A DNA stretch of 64,000 bases from contig CBDDDW010000028.1 of assembly GCA_965226805.1 (NCBI GenBank), positions 398,109 through 462,108 of the forward strand, written 5' to 3'. The DNA is from Dehalococcoidia bacterium (GTDB taxonomy: Bacteria > Chloroflexota > Dehalococcoidia > Lucifugimonadales > JAGWBF01). Both the position numbers and the translations under genes were made by a program. Shown here in pieces: positions 54,558-62,716 of the stretch. How positions within the stretch are numbered: the stretch's first letter is position 1; each line of letters starts with the position of its first letter. The notes under the pieces were generated by a model that saw only the letters and a list, made by a program, of their open reading frames with translations, was not told the origin of the DNA and did not search any database.

Positions 54558-56009
54558 TTATTCCAGCCCCTCCGCCTTCTCGATGGCCCGCAGCAGGGCA
54601 CCGGCCTTGTCCAAAGTCTCCTGGTACTCGTCCTCAGGCGTACTGTCGGCCACCACTCCACCACCGGCCTGGACGTAGGCCACACCATCCTTGATTACGC
54701 TGGTGCGCAGTGTGATCGCTGTATCGACGTTTCCCGAGAAGCTGAAGTAGCCCACTGCTCCTCCATAGGTTCCGCGTTTTTCCCCCTCGAGCTCGGATAT
54801 AATCTCCATGGCGCGGATTTTAGGAGCGCCGGACAAGGTCCCCGCGGGGAAACAGGCCCTCATCGCGTCGTAAGCGTCAAGCTCCGGCCTAAGCTCTCCC
54901 GACACGTGGGATACCAGGTGCATGACCCGGGAGTAGCGCTCCACCCCCATGAGTTCGGTGACCTCCACTGTGCCCGACCGGCTCACCCTTCCCACGTCGT
55001 TACGGGCCAGGTCCACCAGCATGATGTGCTCGGCCCGCTGCTTCTCGCTGTCTCTCAGCTCCCGCTCCAGAACCGCATCCTCCTCGGGTGTAGCACCCCT
55101 GGGCCGCGTCCCCGCGACGGGATGGGTCACCACCTTGCCGTCCTCCACCCTGACTAGGGTCTCTATAGAGGCGCCCACGATGTGGAAATCGTCCAGGTGG
55201 AGGTAGTACATGTAAGGCGAGGGGTTGATCGACCTCAAAGCTCGGTATATCTGGAAGGGATGCGCGTCGGTCCTTCTCGCCAGACGCTGAGACGGCACCA
55301 CCTGTATTATGTCCCCGGCGTAGATGTACTCTATCGCCCTTTGCACGGCCGCCTCATACTCCCGCTGGGTGAAATTTGAGGTCACGTCGGTCGCCTCCTC
55401 CGTCTCGGCACCGCTATGTACTGCCATGGGAAGTTCCAGAGGTGTGGCAAGCCGCTCCACCAGCCGGTCGATCTTCGCCGCGGCCTCAGCGTACGCCCGA
55501 TCCACGTCCCCGTCCAGGTGGGCGTGGCTGACGACTTTTATCGTGTGCTTGAGGTGGTCGAATACGAGCATCGTGTCGGTGAATGTGAACACGGATTCAG
55601 GCAGCTCCAGAGGGTCGTTCGGTGGCTCGGGCACCCGCGGCTCGAAGTACCGCACTACATCGTAGGACAGATAGCCTACGGCGCCCCCGTGGAATATGGG
55701 CAGGCCCGGTATCGGGATGAGCTGATACTTGTCCATCTCTGCCTTTATAGGCACCAGCGGGTCCACGGCGCCATGCGGCTGGCCGGCTCCGGTCTTGAGT
55801 ACGGTATAGGGTTCGGTGCCGATAAAGCTGTAGCGGGCCAGCCGTTCGCCTCCTTCTACACTCTCCAACAGGAAAGAGTAGGGAGGCCTGGCGACCTTCA
55901 GGTAGGCCGACACGGGGGTCTCCAGATCGGCGTCTATCTCACGGTACACGGGAATCAGGTTCCCCGAACCCGCCAGCTTCTTCACTTCTTCAAGATTGGG
56001 GTAGTACAT
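54558..56009 (-). CDS. trpE: anthranilate synthase component I
   Basis: MYYPNLEEVKKLAGSGNLIPVYREI..LLESVEGGE..GTLSGAPKIRAMEII..GGYGGAVGYFS.. The track start at 56066 would translate the T-box terminator, so I set the start at ATG 56009. Confidence 0.92.
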   Translation of the reverse strand: MYYPNLEEVKKLAGSGNLIPVYREIDADLETPVSAYLKVARPPYSFLLESVEGGERLARYSFIGTEPYTVLKTGAGQPHGAVDPLVPIKAEMDKYQLIPIPGLPIFHGGAVGYLSYDVVRYFEPRVPEPPNDPLELPESVFTFTDTMLVFDHLKHTIKVVSHAHLDGDVDRAYAEAAAKIDRLVERLATPLELPMAVHSGAETEEATDVTSNFTQREYEAAVQRAIEYIYAGDIIQVVPSQRLARRTDAHPFQIYRALRSINPSPYMYYLHLDDFHIVGASIETLVRVEDGKVVTHPVAGTRPRGATPEEDAVLERELRDSEKQRAEHIMLVDLARNDVGRVSRSGTVEVTELMGVERYSRVMHLVSHVSGELRPELDAYDAMRACFPAGTLSGAPKIRAMEIISELEGEKRGTYGGAVGYFSFSGNVDTAITLRTSVIKDGVAYVQAGGGVVADSTPEDEYQETLDKAGALLRAIEKAEGLE

Positions 56010-56013
56010 ATCT

Positions 56014-56047
56014 AAAAACAAAAATCCCCGTCCACAAGGGACGGGGA
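56014..56047 (-). terminator. intrinsic terminator of the trp T-box leader
   Basis: On the minus strand: TCCCCGTCC-cttgt-GGACGGGGA followed by TTTTTGTTTTT. Confidence 0.8.
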
Positions 56048-56319
56048 TAATTTCCCGTGGTGCCACCCTAATTGCCCAAGCATGCGATAATTCCCCAGCC
56101 TGCCTGCCGGGCGTCTCTAACGGCCTAGGAGGCTATTGCGGTGTCCTCCCTTGCCGCGGACCTTTAACGTCTTCCACACGGCTCGGCCTACTCTTCCCTT
56201 CGCTGGAGAATTTCAACCTGCGGCTCTGAGGCCCATTCGGCTCCCGCGCTGGCGCCGGCTTCCACCATGCCCGGCTCGCTGGGACCCGCTTTTGGAGCGT
56301 ACTAGCCCTCTTCGAAGCC
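56014..56319 (-). promoter_or_regulatory. T-box riboswitch leader with a UGG (Trp) specifier, upstream of trpE
   Basis: On the minus strand, Stem I reads GGCTTCGAAGAGGGCTAGTACGCTCC..AGCGAGCCGGGCATGGTGGAAGCCGG..GGGAGC-C-GAA-TGG-G-CCTCAGAGCC. The T-box sequence AATTAGGGTGGCACCACGGG is at 56054-56073, followed by a terminator. Confidence 0.85.
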
Positions 56320-56344
56320 TTTGTCTATATGTCTGTTGAAGTGA

Positions 56345-56374
56345 AGTATAGAACTCGTATCGAACAGGTGTCAA
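56345..56374 (-). promoter_or_regulatory. sigma70-like promoter candidate for the trp T-box leader
   Basis: The minus strand reads TTGACA (56374-56369), an 18-nt spacer, then TATACT (56350-56345). Confidence 0.55.
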
Positions 56375-56390
56375 GCTGGCGACGGCCCCC

Positions 56391-57809
56391 TTATCCCCCC
56401 GCCGGTCCGCCCCAGAGGCCTGGCTCAGTCATCTTCACTGGGTCCAGAAGTTCGTCAAGCTGGTCATCAGCCAGGGAGGTCATTCTGCTGGCAGCTTCCC
56501 TGATGGTGGCGCCGGTGGCGGCCGCTTCCTTAGCGATCTCCGCGGCTTTGTCATACCCGACGGCCGGGGTCAGCGCCGTGCCCAGCATAAGGCCCTTCTC
56601 CACCATCGAGGGCCCCGTTTCCGTGGCCTTGAGCCCCTTGATACACTGCTCGGCCAGGTTATCCGCGGAAGTAGCCAATAGGGAGATGGACTGAAGGAGG
56701 TTATAGGCCGCGACTGGCATCATGGTATTCAGCTCGAAGTATCCGCCCTGGCCAGCCAGAGCGATCGTGGCGTCGTTGCCCACCACCTGGGCCGCCACCT
56801 GAATCACCGACTCGGCGATGACCGGGTTGATTTTGCTTGGCATGATGGAGCTGCCCGGCTGGACCTCCGGCAGGACCAGTTCCCCGATTCCGGCCCTGGG
56901 GCCGCATCCCATCCAGCGGATATCGTTGGCGATCTTGTGGAGGCTGACGGCCAGCGTGCGTAGCGCTCCGCTGGCCTCCACCACACCGTCCAAGGCGTTC
57001 TGGGCCTGGAAATGGTTGTCCGTCTCCCGGAGGTCGACTCCCGTCATCTCCGAAAGGAGATGGCACACCCGGCGCGCGAACTCTGGGTGAGTGTTGACTC
57101 CGGTGCCCACCGCCGTGCCGCCCAGGGCCACCTGGGACAGCTCTTCTTGAGCGTGGCCCAGCCGGCGAATGCCGTTCTCCACCTGGCCGGCGAAGCCCTT
57201 GAACTCCTGACCCAGTCTCACGGGCGTGGCGTCCTGGAGATGCGTGCGTCCGGTCTTGACGATGGGCCAGAACTCGGCACTCTTCTTTTCCAGCGCCTCT
57301 TGCAGCGTTTCAAGGGCAGGAATGAGACTCTCTTTAATGAGCGTCATGGCGGAGAGGTGGATGGCCGTCGGGATTACGTCGTTGGAGGACTGGCCCAAGT
57401 TCACATGATCATTGGGATGCACAAGGCGGGAGCCCCGCTGCCCACCCATGATCTCAATCGCCCGGTTGGCAATCACCTCATTGGCGTTAGTGTTGGTGGA
57501 GGTGCCTGAGCCCGTCTGGAAAACGTCCACTACGAACTGGTCGTCGAACTTGCCTCCGGACACCTCTCCGGCCGCCTCCTCTATGGCTTTGCCGATTCCA
57601 CCCTCCACCAGGCCCAGGCCGTGGTTAACCCTGGCCGCAGCCAGTTTTATCAGAGCCAAGGCTCGGATGAAGCTGGACGGGAAACGCAGGTCGCTGATGG
57701 GGAAATTAAGCTGGGCCCTTCTGGTGGACGCACCATAATAAGCATCGGCAGGCACTTCCATGGGCCCCATGGAGTCCCGCTCTGTCCTTACTTCCGGCGG
57801 TGTGGACAT
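56391..57809 (-). CDS. fumC: class II fumarate hydratase
   Basis: ..FQTGSGTSTNTNANEVIANRA..HPNDHVNLGQSSNDVIPTA..GRTHLQDATPVRLGQE..LGGTAVGTGVNTHPEF..GSSIMPSKINP..LGTALTPAVGYDKAAEIAKEA.. From memory this resembles FumC far more than AspA. I set the start at MSTPPEV (57809). Confidence 0.88.
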   Translation of the reverse strand: MSTPPEVRTERDSMGPMEVPADAYYGASTRRAQLNFPISDLRFPSSFIRALALIKLAAARVNHGLGLVEGGIGKAIEEAAGEVSGGKFDDQFVVDVFQTGSGTSTNTNANEVIANRAIEIMGGQRGSRLVHPNDHVNLGQSSNDVIPTAIHLSAMTLIKESLIPALETLQEALEKKSAEFWPIVKTGRTHLQDATPVRLGQEFKGFAGQVENGIRRLGHAQEELSQVALGGTAVGTGVNTHPEFARRVCHLLSEMTGVDLRETDNHFQAQNALDGVVEASGALRTLAVSLHKIANDIRWMGCGPRAGIGELVLPEVQPGSSIMPSKINPVIAESVIQVAAQVVGNDATIALAGQGGYFELNTMMPVAAYNLLQSISLLATSADNLAEQCIKGLKATETGPSMVEKGLMLGTALTPAVGYDKAAEIAKEAAATGATIREAASRMTSLADDQLDELLDPVKMTEPGLWGGPAGG

Positions 57810-57834
57810 GGCCGCAAACCTCCAAAGAAAGTTA

Positions 57835-58056
57835 TCAGAGTTGCTCCCAATCCTGGCGACTGATACCCGCTTGACGCAAGACCCGGACAAGCAATTCCCT
57901 TCCGATAGTGCCTGAGTGGGGGTTTGGAATGAAAACTCTCCTCGTTCCCATAATCATGAACTGGTGGCGGCGACCGGAGAACGGCCCAGCGAACCCAGCC
58001 CGTCGGAAGGCCGAGACCAGTTCTCGCCTGGTAACCGGGCCAAAGGCGGGCATCAC
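57835..58056 (-). CDS. hicA: HicA-family (YcfA-like) toxin of a type II toxin-antitoxin pair
   Basis: ..VTRRELVSAFRRAGFAGPFSGRRHQFMIMGTRRVFIPNPHSGTIGRELLVRVLRQAGIS.. Its start overlaps the hicB stop (GTGA). Confidence 0.7.
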   Translation of the reverse strand: MMPAFGPVTRRELVSAFRRAGFAGPFSGRRHQFMIMGTRRVFIPNPHSGTIGRELLVRVLRQAGISRQDWEQL

Positions 58057-58295
58057 GCAGGCTCTTTGATCTTGAGCTCAAGCCCATCTATAACCGGGAT
58101 CGGCAGTCCTTTCGAAACGCTTAGTAACAGCCATTCTTCCAGCACTTCTTCCAGAAGGTTTCGACACTCTTCCAATTGAGGAGCGTTCGCGTATACTCCA
58201 TCGAGTCCGGGAATCTCCCCGAAATATGTCCCATCATCGGACAGGATTTCGTACTTCGCCCGCTTCATTGCGGCAGCTATATATTCCCGTATCAC
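58053..58295 (-). CDS. hicB: HicB-like (UPF0150-type) antitoxin
   Basis: ..YFGEIPGLDGVYANAPQLEECRNLLEEVLEEWLLLSVSKGLPIP.. is a typical HicB N-terminal domain. It is coupled to hicA. Confidence 0.65.
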   Translation of the reverse strand: MIREYIAAAMKRAKYEILSDDGTYFGEIPGLDGVYANAPQLEECRNLLEEVLEEWLLLSVSKGLPIPVIDGLELKIKEPA

Positions 58296-58338
58296 AGTAT
58301 CTTCCCCCCTGATCTCAAGCAGTACGTGCCGCCCCAGT

Positions 58339-59646
58339 CTACCATCCGTGCTCCAGCTTGTCGGTGAGGACGTACACTAGGCTTGCAATGGGGACCCGTA
58401 TCTGCTGCATGGAGTCCCGCTCGCGGATGGTCACCGCCTTGTCCTCCAAGGTCTGGAAGTCGATGGTGACGCAGTAGGGGGTGCCTATCTCATCCTGGCG
58501 GCGATAGCGGCGGCCGATGCTCTGGGCGTCGTCGTACTGGCTGGTGAAGCGCTGCCTGACCAGGGCTTGCACCTCCCTGGCCGTTGGCGTGAGCTTGGCA
58601 TTTCGGCTCAGGGGCAGCACGGCCACTTTTATGGGAGCGACGTGGCGGTGGAACCGAAGGACCACGCGGGTCTCGTCCTTGCTCGACGAGGTATCCGGCT
58701 CCTCGTCGTAGGCGTCCACCAGGAAAGCCAGGGCCGCCCGGTCCACACCGCCCGACGGCTCGATGACGTAGGGGTAATATCGCTCGCGAGTTTCCTCATC
58801 GAAGTAGGTCAGGTCTTGACCGCTGGCCTCGCCATGAACCCTGAGGTCGAAGTCTGTGCGGTTGGCGATCCCCTCCAGCTCGGCCCAGCCCCAGGGGAAA
58901 CGGTACTCGATGTCGTAGCAGTCCTTGGCGTAGTGGGCCAGCTCGTCCTCGCCGTGTCTCCGCAGCCGGAGGTTTTCTTTGCGGACGCCGTACCCCGTGT
59001 ACCAGGAGAACCGCTCCTCCACCCAGGCGTCGAGCCACTCCTGGTCGGTACCGAGCTTCACGAAGTACTCTATCTCCATCTGCTCGAACTCTCGAGTGCG
59101 GAAGGTGGAGTTGCCCGGGGTGATCTCATTGCGGAAGGCCTTCCCTATCTGGGCGATGCCGAAGGGCACCTTGCGCCGGGAAGCCACCATCACGTTGGCG
59201 AAGTTGACGAAGATACCCTGGGCCGTCTCCGGGCGCAGGTAGACCTGGCTCGCAGTTTCCTCCACGGGCCCCATGAAGGTCTTGAACATGAGGTTGAAGC
59301 TGCGAGGCTCCGTTAGCTCGCCACTGCACTCGGGGCACGCTGAGGGATCCTGGAGATCATCGCTCCGGAACCGCCGGTGGCAGCTCTTGCACTCAACCAG
59401 CGGGTCCGAGAAGCTCTCCACGTGGCCGCTGGTTACCCATACATCGGGATGCATCAGTATAGCTGCGTCCAGGCCCACCATATCTTCTCGCCTCTGGACC
59501 ACCGAGCGCCACCACACATCCTTTACGTTGCGCTTCAGCTCCGCCCCCAGAGGGCCGTAGTCCCAGGTGGCGTTGAGGCCCCCGTAGATCTCGCTGCTCT
59601 GGAAAATAAACCCCCTCCGCTTGGAGAGGGAGAGGATTTTGTCCAT
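58339..59646 (-). CDS. glyQS: glycine--tRNA ligase (dimeric alpha2 type)
   Basis: [59 protein letters not shown].. The start could instead be the track's 59688. Confidence 0.9.
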   Translation of the reverse strand: MDKILSLSKRRGFIFQSSEIYGGLNATWDYGPLGAELKRNVKDVWWRSVVQRREDMVGLDAAILMHPDVWVTSGHVESFSDPLVECKSCHRRFRSDDLQDPSACPECSGELTEPRSFNLMFKTFMGPVEETASQVYLRPETAQGIFVNFANVMVASRRKVPFGIAQIGKAFRNEITPGNSTFRTREFEQMEIEYFVKLGTDQEWLDAWVEERFSWYTGYGVRKENLRLRRHGEDELAHYAKDCYDIEYRFPWGWAELEGIANRTDFDLRVHGEASGQDLTYFDEETRERYYPYVIEPSGGVDRAALAFLVDAYDEEPDTSSSKDETRVVLRFHRHVAPIKVAVLPLSRNAKLTPTAREVQALVRQRFTSQYDDAQSIGRRYRRQDEIGTPYCVTIDFQTLEDKAVTIRERDSMQQIRVPIASLVYVLTDKLEHGW

Positions 59647-59827
59647 GTCGACCGTCTCGAGAGTCCGTGTCAATGTGCCTCCTGCCAACGGGATCTTCGA
59701 TACAAGGCTAAAGGTAGGTTAGCAATTCGTATGGCCGATGTAAAGGATTGCCTTCCCCTTTCCGTTGATATAGAATCGCCTCCGCCAGATGCTTGGGCTG
59801 TGGGAAAGAGGTAGAGGGGGAGCCTAG

Positions 59828-61021
59828 GTGATTGAAGGTGCGCTAGAGGGAGTGCGGGTCCTCGACCTGAGTCACGATATTGCGGGCTCCTTCTGCGCCA
59901 GGCTGTTGGGGGACTATGGCGCCGACGTGGTTAAGCTGGAGCCCCATGCGGGCGCCGCTCTGAGGCGCATGGGTCCTTTCTACAAAGACGACCCTCATCC
60001 AGAGAAGAGCCTCCTATTCTTCGTCCTCAACCTGAACAAAATGGGCGCCACCCTGGACATCGGGAGCCCGACCGGGAGAAAGATTTTCAAGGAACTGGTC
60101 CAGGACGCCGACGTCGTCGTGGAGACCTTCAAGCCGGGCTACCTGAGCGGCCTGGGGCTGGATGACGGAGCTCTTGAGGAGATAAATCCTCGCCTGGTGA
60201 TGACGTCCATCACCCCCTTCGGCCAAGAGGGCCCCTACAGCCGGTACGAGGGAGAGGAGATCGTCAGCTACGCCATGGGCGCCGTCATGGGCATCAGCGG
60301 CACCCAGGACCGGGAGCCCCTGAAGCACGGCGGATTCCAGGCCCAATACGAGGCCGGCCTGAACGGCGCGGCCGCGACATCGATCGCCATGTTTCACGCG
60401 GACATGACCGATGAAGGCCAACACCTGGATATATCGACGGTTGAATGCGTCAGCTCAACTATGATCGCCAGCCAGAGCTTGTACGCCTTTACCGGCGGAA
60501 TACAGACCCGCCGAGTACCGGAAGGCGCCATGTTCGGGAACCCCATGCCTTGCAGGGACGGATGGGTGATAGGCCAGACGGGCGGCTCGGCAAGCTGGAC
60601 GGACATGGCGGCCTTTTACCAGCGGCCTGAGCTCCTTCATCCAGATATTGTTGCCGGCGCCCAGCGGGCCGAGTACGGGGAAGAGGTCGACGCCATTCTG
60701 CTTGACGCCATAAAAGACAGAGGCAAGTGGGAGCTGTTCGAGAGCGCGTCCGAAATGCGGCTGATTCTCGGCCTGGTACAGACCCCCGAAGACCTGGCGA
60801 ACTGCCCTCAGCTGAAGGCCAGGGAGTTCTATCGAGAGATAGAGCACCCCGTCATGGGCAGGCTCTCGGTTCCGGCGGTGCTTTTCAACTATAGCCTTAC
60901 CCCATATCAGTTGAGGCGGCCCGCCCCTCTCCTTGGCCAGCACAACGTCGAGGTCTACTGCGACCGCCTGGGCTACACCAGAAAAGAGCTGGTACGCATG
61001 AGTCAGCTGGAGATTATATAA
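59828..61021 (+). CDS. family III CoA-transferase (CaiB/BaiF-like)
   Basis: ..LEGVRVLDLSHDIAGSFCARLLGDYGADVVKLEP.. Confidence 0.85.
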   Translation: MIEGALEGVRVLDLSHDIAGSFCARLLGDYGADVVKLEPHAGAALRRMGPFYKDDPHPEKSLLFFVLNLNKMGATLDIGSPTGRKIFKELVQDADVVVETFKPGYLSGLGLDDGALEEINPRLVMTSITPFGQEGPYSRYEGEEIVSYAMGAVMGISGTQDREPLKHGGFQAQYEAGLNGAAATSIAMFHADMTDEGQHLDISTVECVSSTMIASQSLYAFTGGIQTRRVPEGAMFGNPMPCRDGWVIGQTGGSASWTDMAAFYQRPELLHPDIVAGAQRAEYGEEVDAILLDAIKDRGKWELFESASEMRLILGLVQTPEDLANCPQLKAREFYREIEHPVMGRLSVPAVLFNYSLTPYQLRRPAPLLGQHNVEVYCDRLGYTRKELVRMSQLEII

Positions 61022-61035
61022 CGGACCAGTGGAAT

Positions 61036-61095
61036 GGGGAGTGCAGAGGGGCTCGCCCCTTTGCCGGTAACCCCAAGGACCTGCCGAAGGGATGT
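61036..61095 (-). repeat. truncated copy C of the intergenic repeat family, between the two CoA-transferase genes
   Basis: GGGGAGTGCAGAGGGGCTCGCCCCTTTGCCGG..GCCGAAGGGATGT. Compare copy B (GGGAGTGCAGAGGGCGAAGCCCCTTTGCCGG) and the reverse complement of copy A (GCCGAAGGGATGT). Confidence 0.5.
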
Positions 61096-61101
61096 AATAA
61101 A

Positions 61102-62457
61102 ATGGCAAAGTTGCCACTAGAAGGTATCCGGGTCCTAGACTCCACATATGTCATCGGACTACCCTACGCGGGCGCCCTCCTGGCCGACATGGGGGCCGAG
61201 GTCATCAAGATCGAGGGGCCGGGACGGCCTGACCCCACTCGCACGGGAGGCTTCCATGGCTCCTTCCCCGAAAACGAGGTGAGGGACGACTGGTGGAACC
61301 GGGCGTCGATCTACAACCTGTTGAACAGAGGCAAAAGATCACTAACCCTGGATTTCACAGACTCCAGGGCCCGGGACGTGTTTCGTGAGCTAGTAGGCAT
61401 CAGCGACGTGGTACTGGAAAACTTCACCCAGAGGGTTATGGCGGGTTGGGGGCTCGACTACCCGAGCCTCAAGAAGACCCGGCCCGACATCATAATGTTG
61501 TCCAATACGGGATACGGGCACGGGGATGGACCATATTCCGATTATCCCGCCCAGGGAACCGCCCTGGAGGGGACCCATGGCCTCTGCTGGATAACCGGCT
61601 ACCCGGACGGCCCACCGTCCAGTGCGGGAGCGTCCTACGTGGACTTCGTCGCTACCTGGACGTGTCTCTTCGCCGTTGGCGCCGCCCTCCGATACCGCAA
61701 CCGCACCGGTAGGGGCCAATGGATAGACCTGGCGATGTATCAGGCCGGGACCATGTTCACCTCCGAGTACCTGATGGACTACCAGGTTAACGGGCGCTTG
61801 GGAAAGAGAATCGGCAACCGCCACCCCTACCGCGCTCCCCAGGGGTGCTATAGAGCCGCCGGGGCCGATCAATGGGCAGTCCTTTCGGTGGGCGGCGATG
61901 AGCAGTGGCGGGCCCTGTGCCGGCTCATGGGCAAGCCCGGCCTGGCTCAGGACCCAAGGTTCGACAATCTCCCAGGCCGGTTAACGAACCACGACCAGCT
62001 GGACATCATCATCAATCGGTGGACCGAGAAGCATGACAAATACAGCTTAATGGAGATGCTCCAGTCGGAAGGCATACCCGCCGGCCCAGTGCTCAGCGGG
62101 AAGGACACCCACGCGGACCCCCATCTTCGAGCCAGGGGATTCCTGGAGAAGGTCACGTATCCCCGGGAAAGGGGCATCGGGACCAGGCCGTTAATCGGGC
62201 GGCCCTACGGATTCTCCCGGACCCCTCTCGGGATACAGGGCCCCGCGCCGGCCCTGGGGGAGCACAACCGCGCCGTGCTCGTTGAGCTGCTAGGGATGAC
62301 CGCGGGGGAGTACCAGGCACTGGAACGGGATGGCGTGATGGCTGCAGCGCCCGCCGCCGGCGAGCCGGTGATTCCGAGGCCCATCCCCGAACAGGTAGAG
62401 AAACGCCTCCTGGCCGGCTGGGACCCCGACTACAAGAAGCGGCTGGGGATTTCTTGA
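61102..62457 (+). CDS. family III CoA-transferase (CaiB/BaiF-like), second paralog
   Basis: ..LEGIRVLDSTYVIGLPYAGALLADMGAEVIKIEGP.. Confidence 0.85.
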   Translation: MAKLPLEGIRVLDSTYVIGLPYAGALLADMGAEVIKIEGPGRPDPTRTGGFHGSFPENEVRDDWWNRASIYNLLNRGKRSLTLDFTDSRARDVFRELVGISDVVLENFTQRVMAGWGLDYPSLKKTRPDIIMLSNTGYGHGDGPYSDYPAQGTALEGTHGLCWITGYPDGPPSSAGASYVDFVATWTCLFAVGAALRYRNRTGRGQWIDLAMYQAGTMFTSEYLMDYQVNGRLGKRIGNRHPYRAPQGCYRAAGADQWAVLSVGGDEQWRALCRLMGKPGLAQDPRFDNLPGRLTNHDQLDIIINRWTEKHDKYSLMEMLQSEGIPAGPVLSGKDTHADPHLRARGFLEKVTYPRERGIGTRPLIGRPYGFSRTPLGIQGPAPALGEHNRAVLVELLGMTAGEYQALERDGVMAAAPAAGEPVIPRPIPEQVEKRLLAGWDPDYKKRLGIS

Positions 62458-62641
62458 CACCACCATGGCCCTCAAGTAACCTGAAATCAGCAGCCGTCTG
62501 ACGTGAACGTCCGCCTGGCTTGCCATCGTGGGAATAGATTTCGCTCATCTCATCCTGAGCTCGGCGAAGGGCGAGCGGAGCCAGCGTGACAGCGACCAAG
62601 CCTATCCATCATCTCTAACCTTGCGGCGCATCTTCTGACAC

Positions 62642-62716
62642 GGGCCCGTAGCTCAGCGGCAGAGCAGCCGGCTCATAACCGGCGGGTCCCAGGTTCGATT
62701 CCTGGCGGGCCCACCA
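62642..62716 (+). tRNA. tRNA with a CAU anticodon (elongator Met by default; an Ile2/lysidine type cannot be excluded), CCA encoded
   Basis: A perfect hand-folded cloverleaf: GGGCCCG/CGGGCCC acceptor, GCCGG-CTCATAA-CCGGC anticodon arm, TTCGATT T-loop. It lacks initiator features (no C1-A72 mismatch, no GGG/CCC in the anticodon stem). Confidence 0.9.

Noticed and set aside
56010-56066. An N-terminal extension of trpE (MAPREIIPVPCGRGFLFLD) in the ORF track. There are similar extensions for rplJ (16115-16162), the GT-C-like membrane protein (4592-4711) and fumC (57810-57890).
   Set aside because: The extensions translate a T-box terminator or a leader hairpin, or they overlap neighbouring genes. 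Downstream ATGs with good Shine-Dalgarno sequences fit the conserved N-termini.
56391-57890. Aspartate ammonia-lyase (AspA) call for this fumarase/aspartase-superfamily gene, suggested by VPADAYYG and GSSIMPSKINPV.
   Set aside because: Compared with the E. coli sequences as I recall them, the protein tracks FumC much more closely along its whole length (QTGSGT.., GQSSNDV.PTA, GRTHLQDATP, LGGTAVGTG.NTHPE, GYDKAAEIAK). I call it class II fumarate hydratase.
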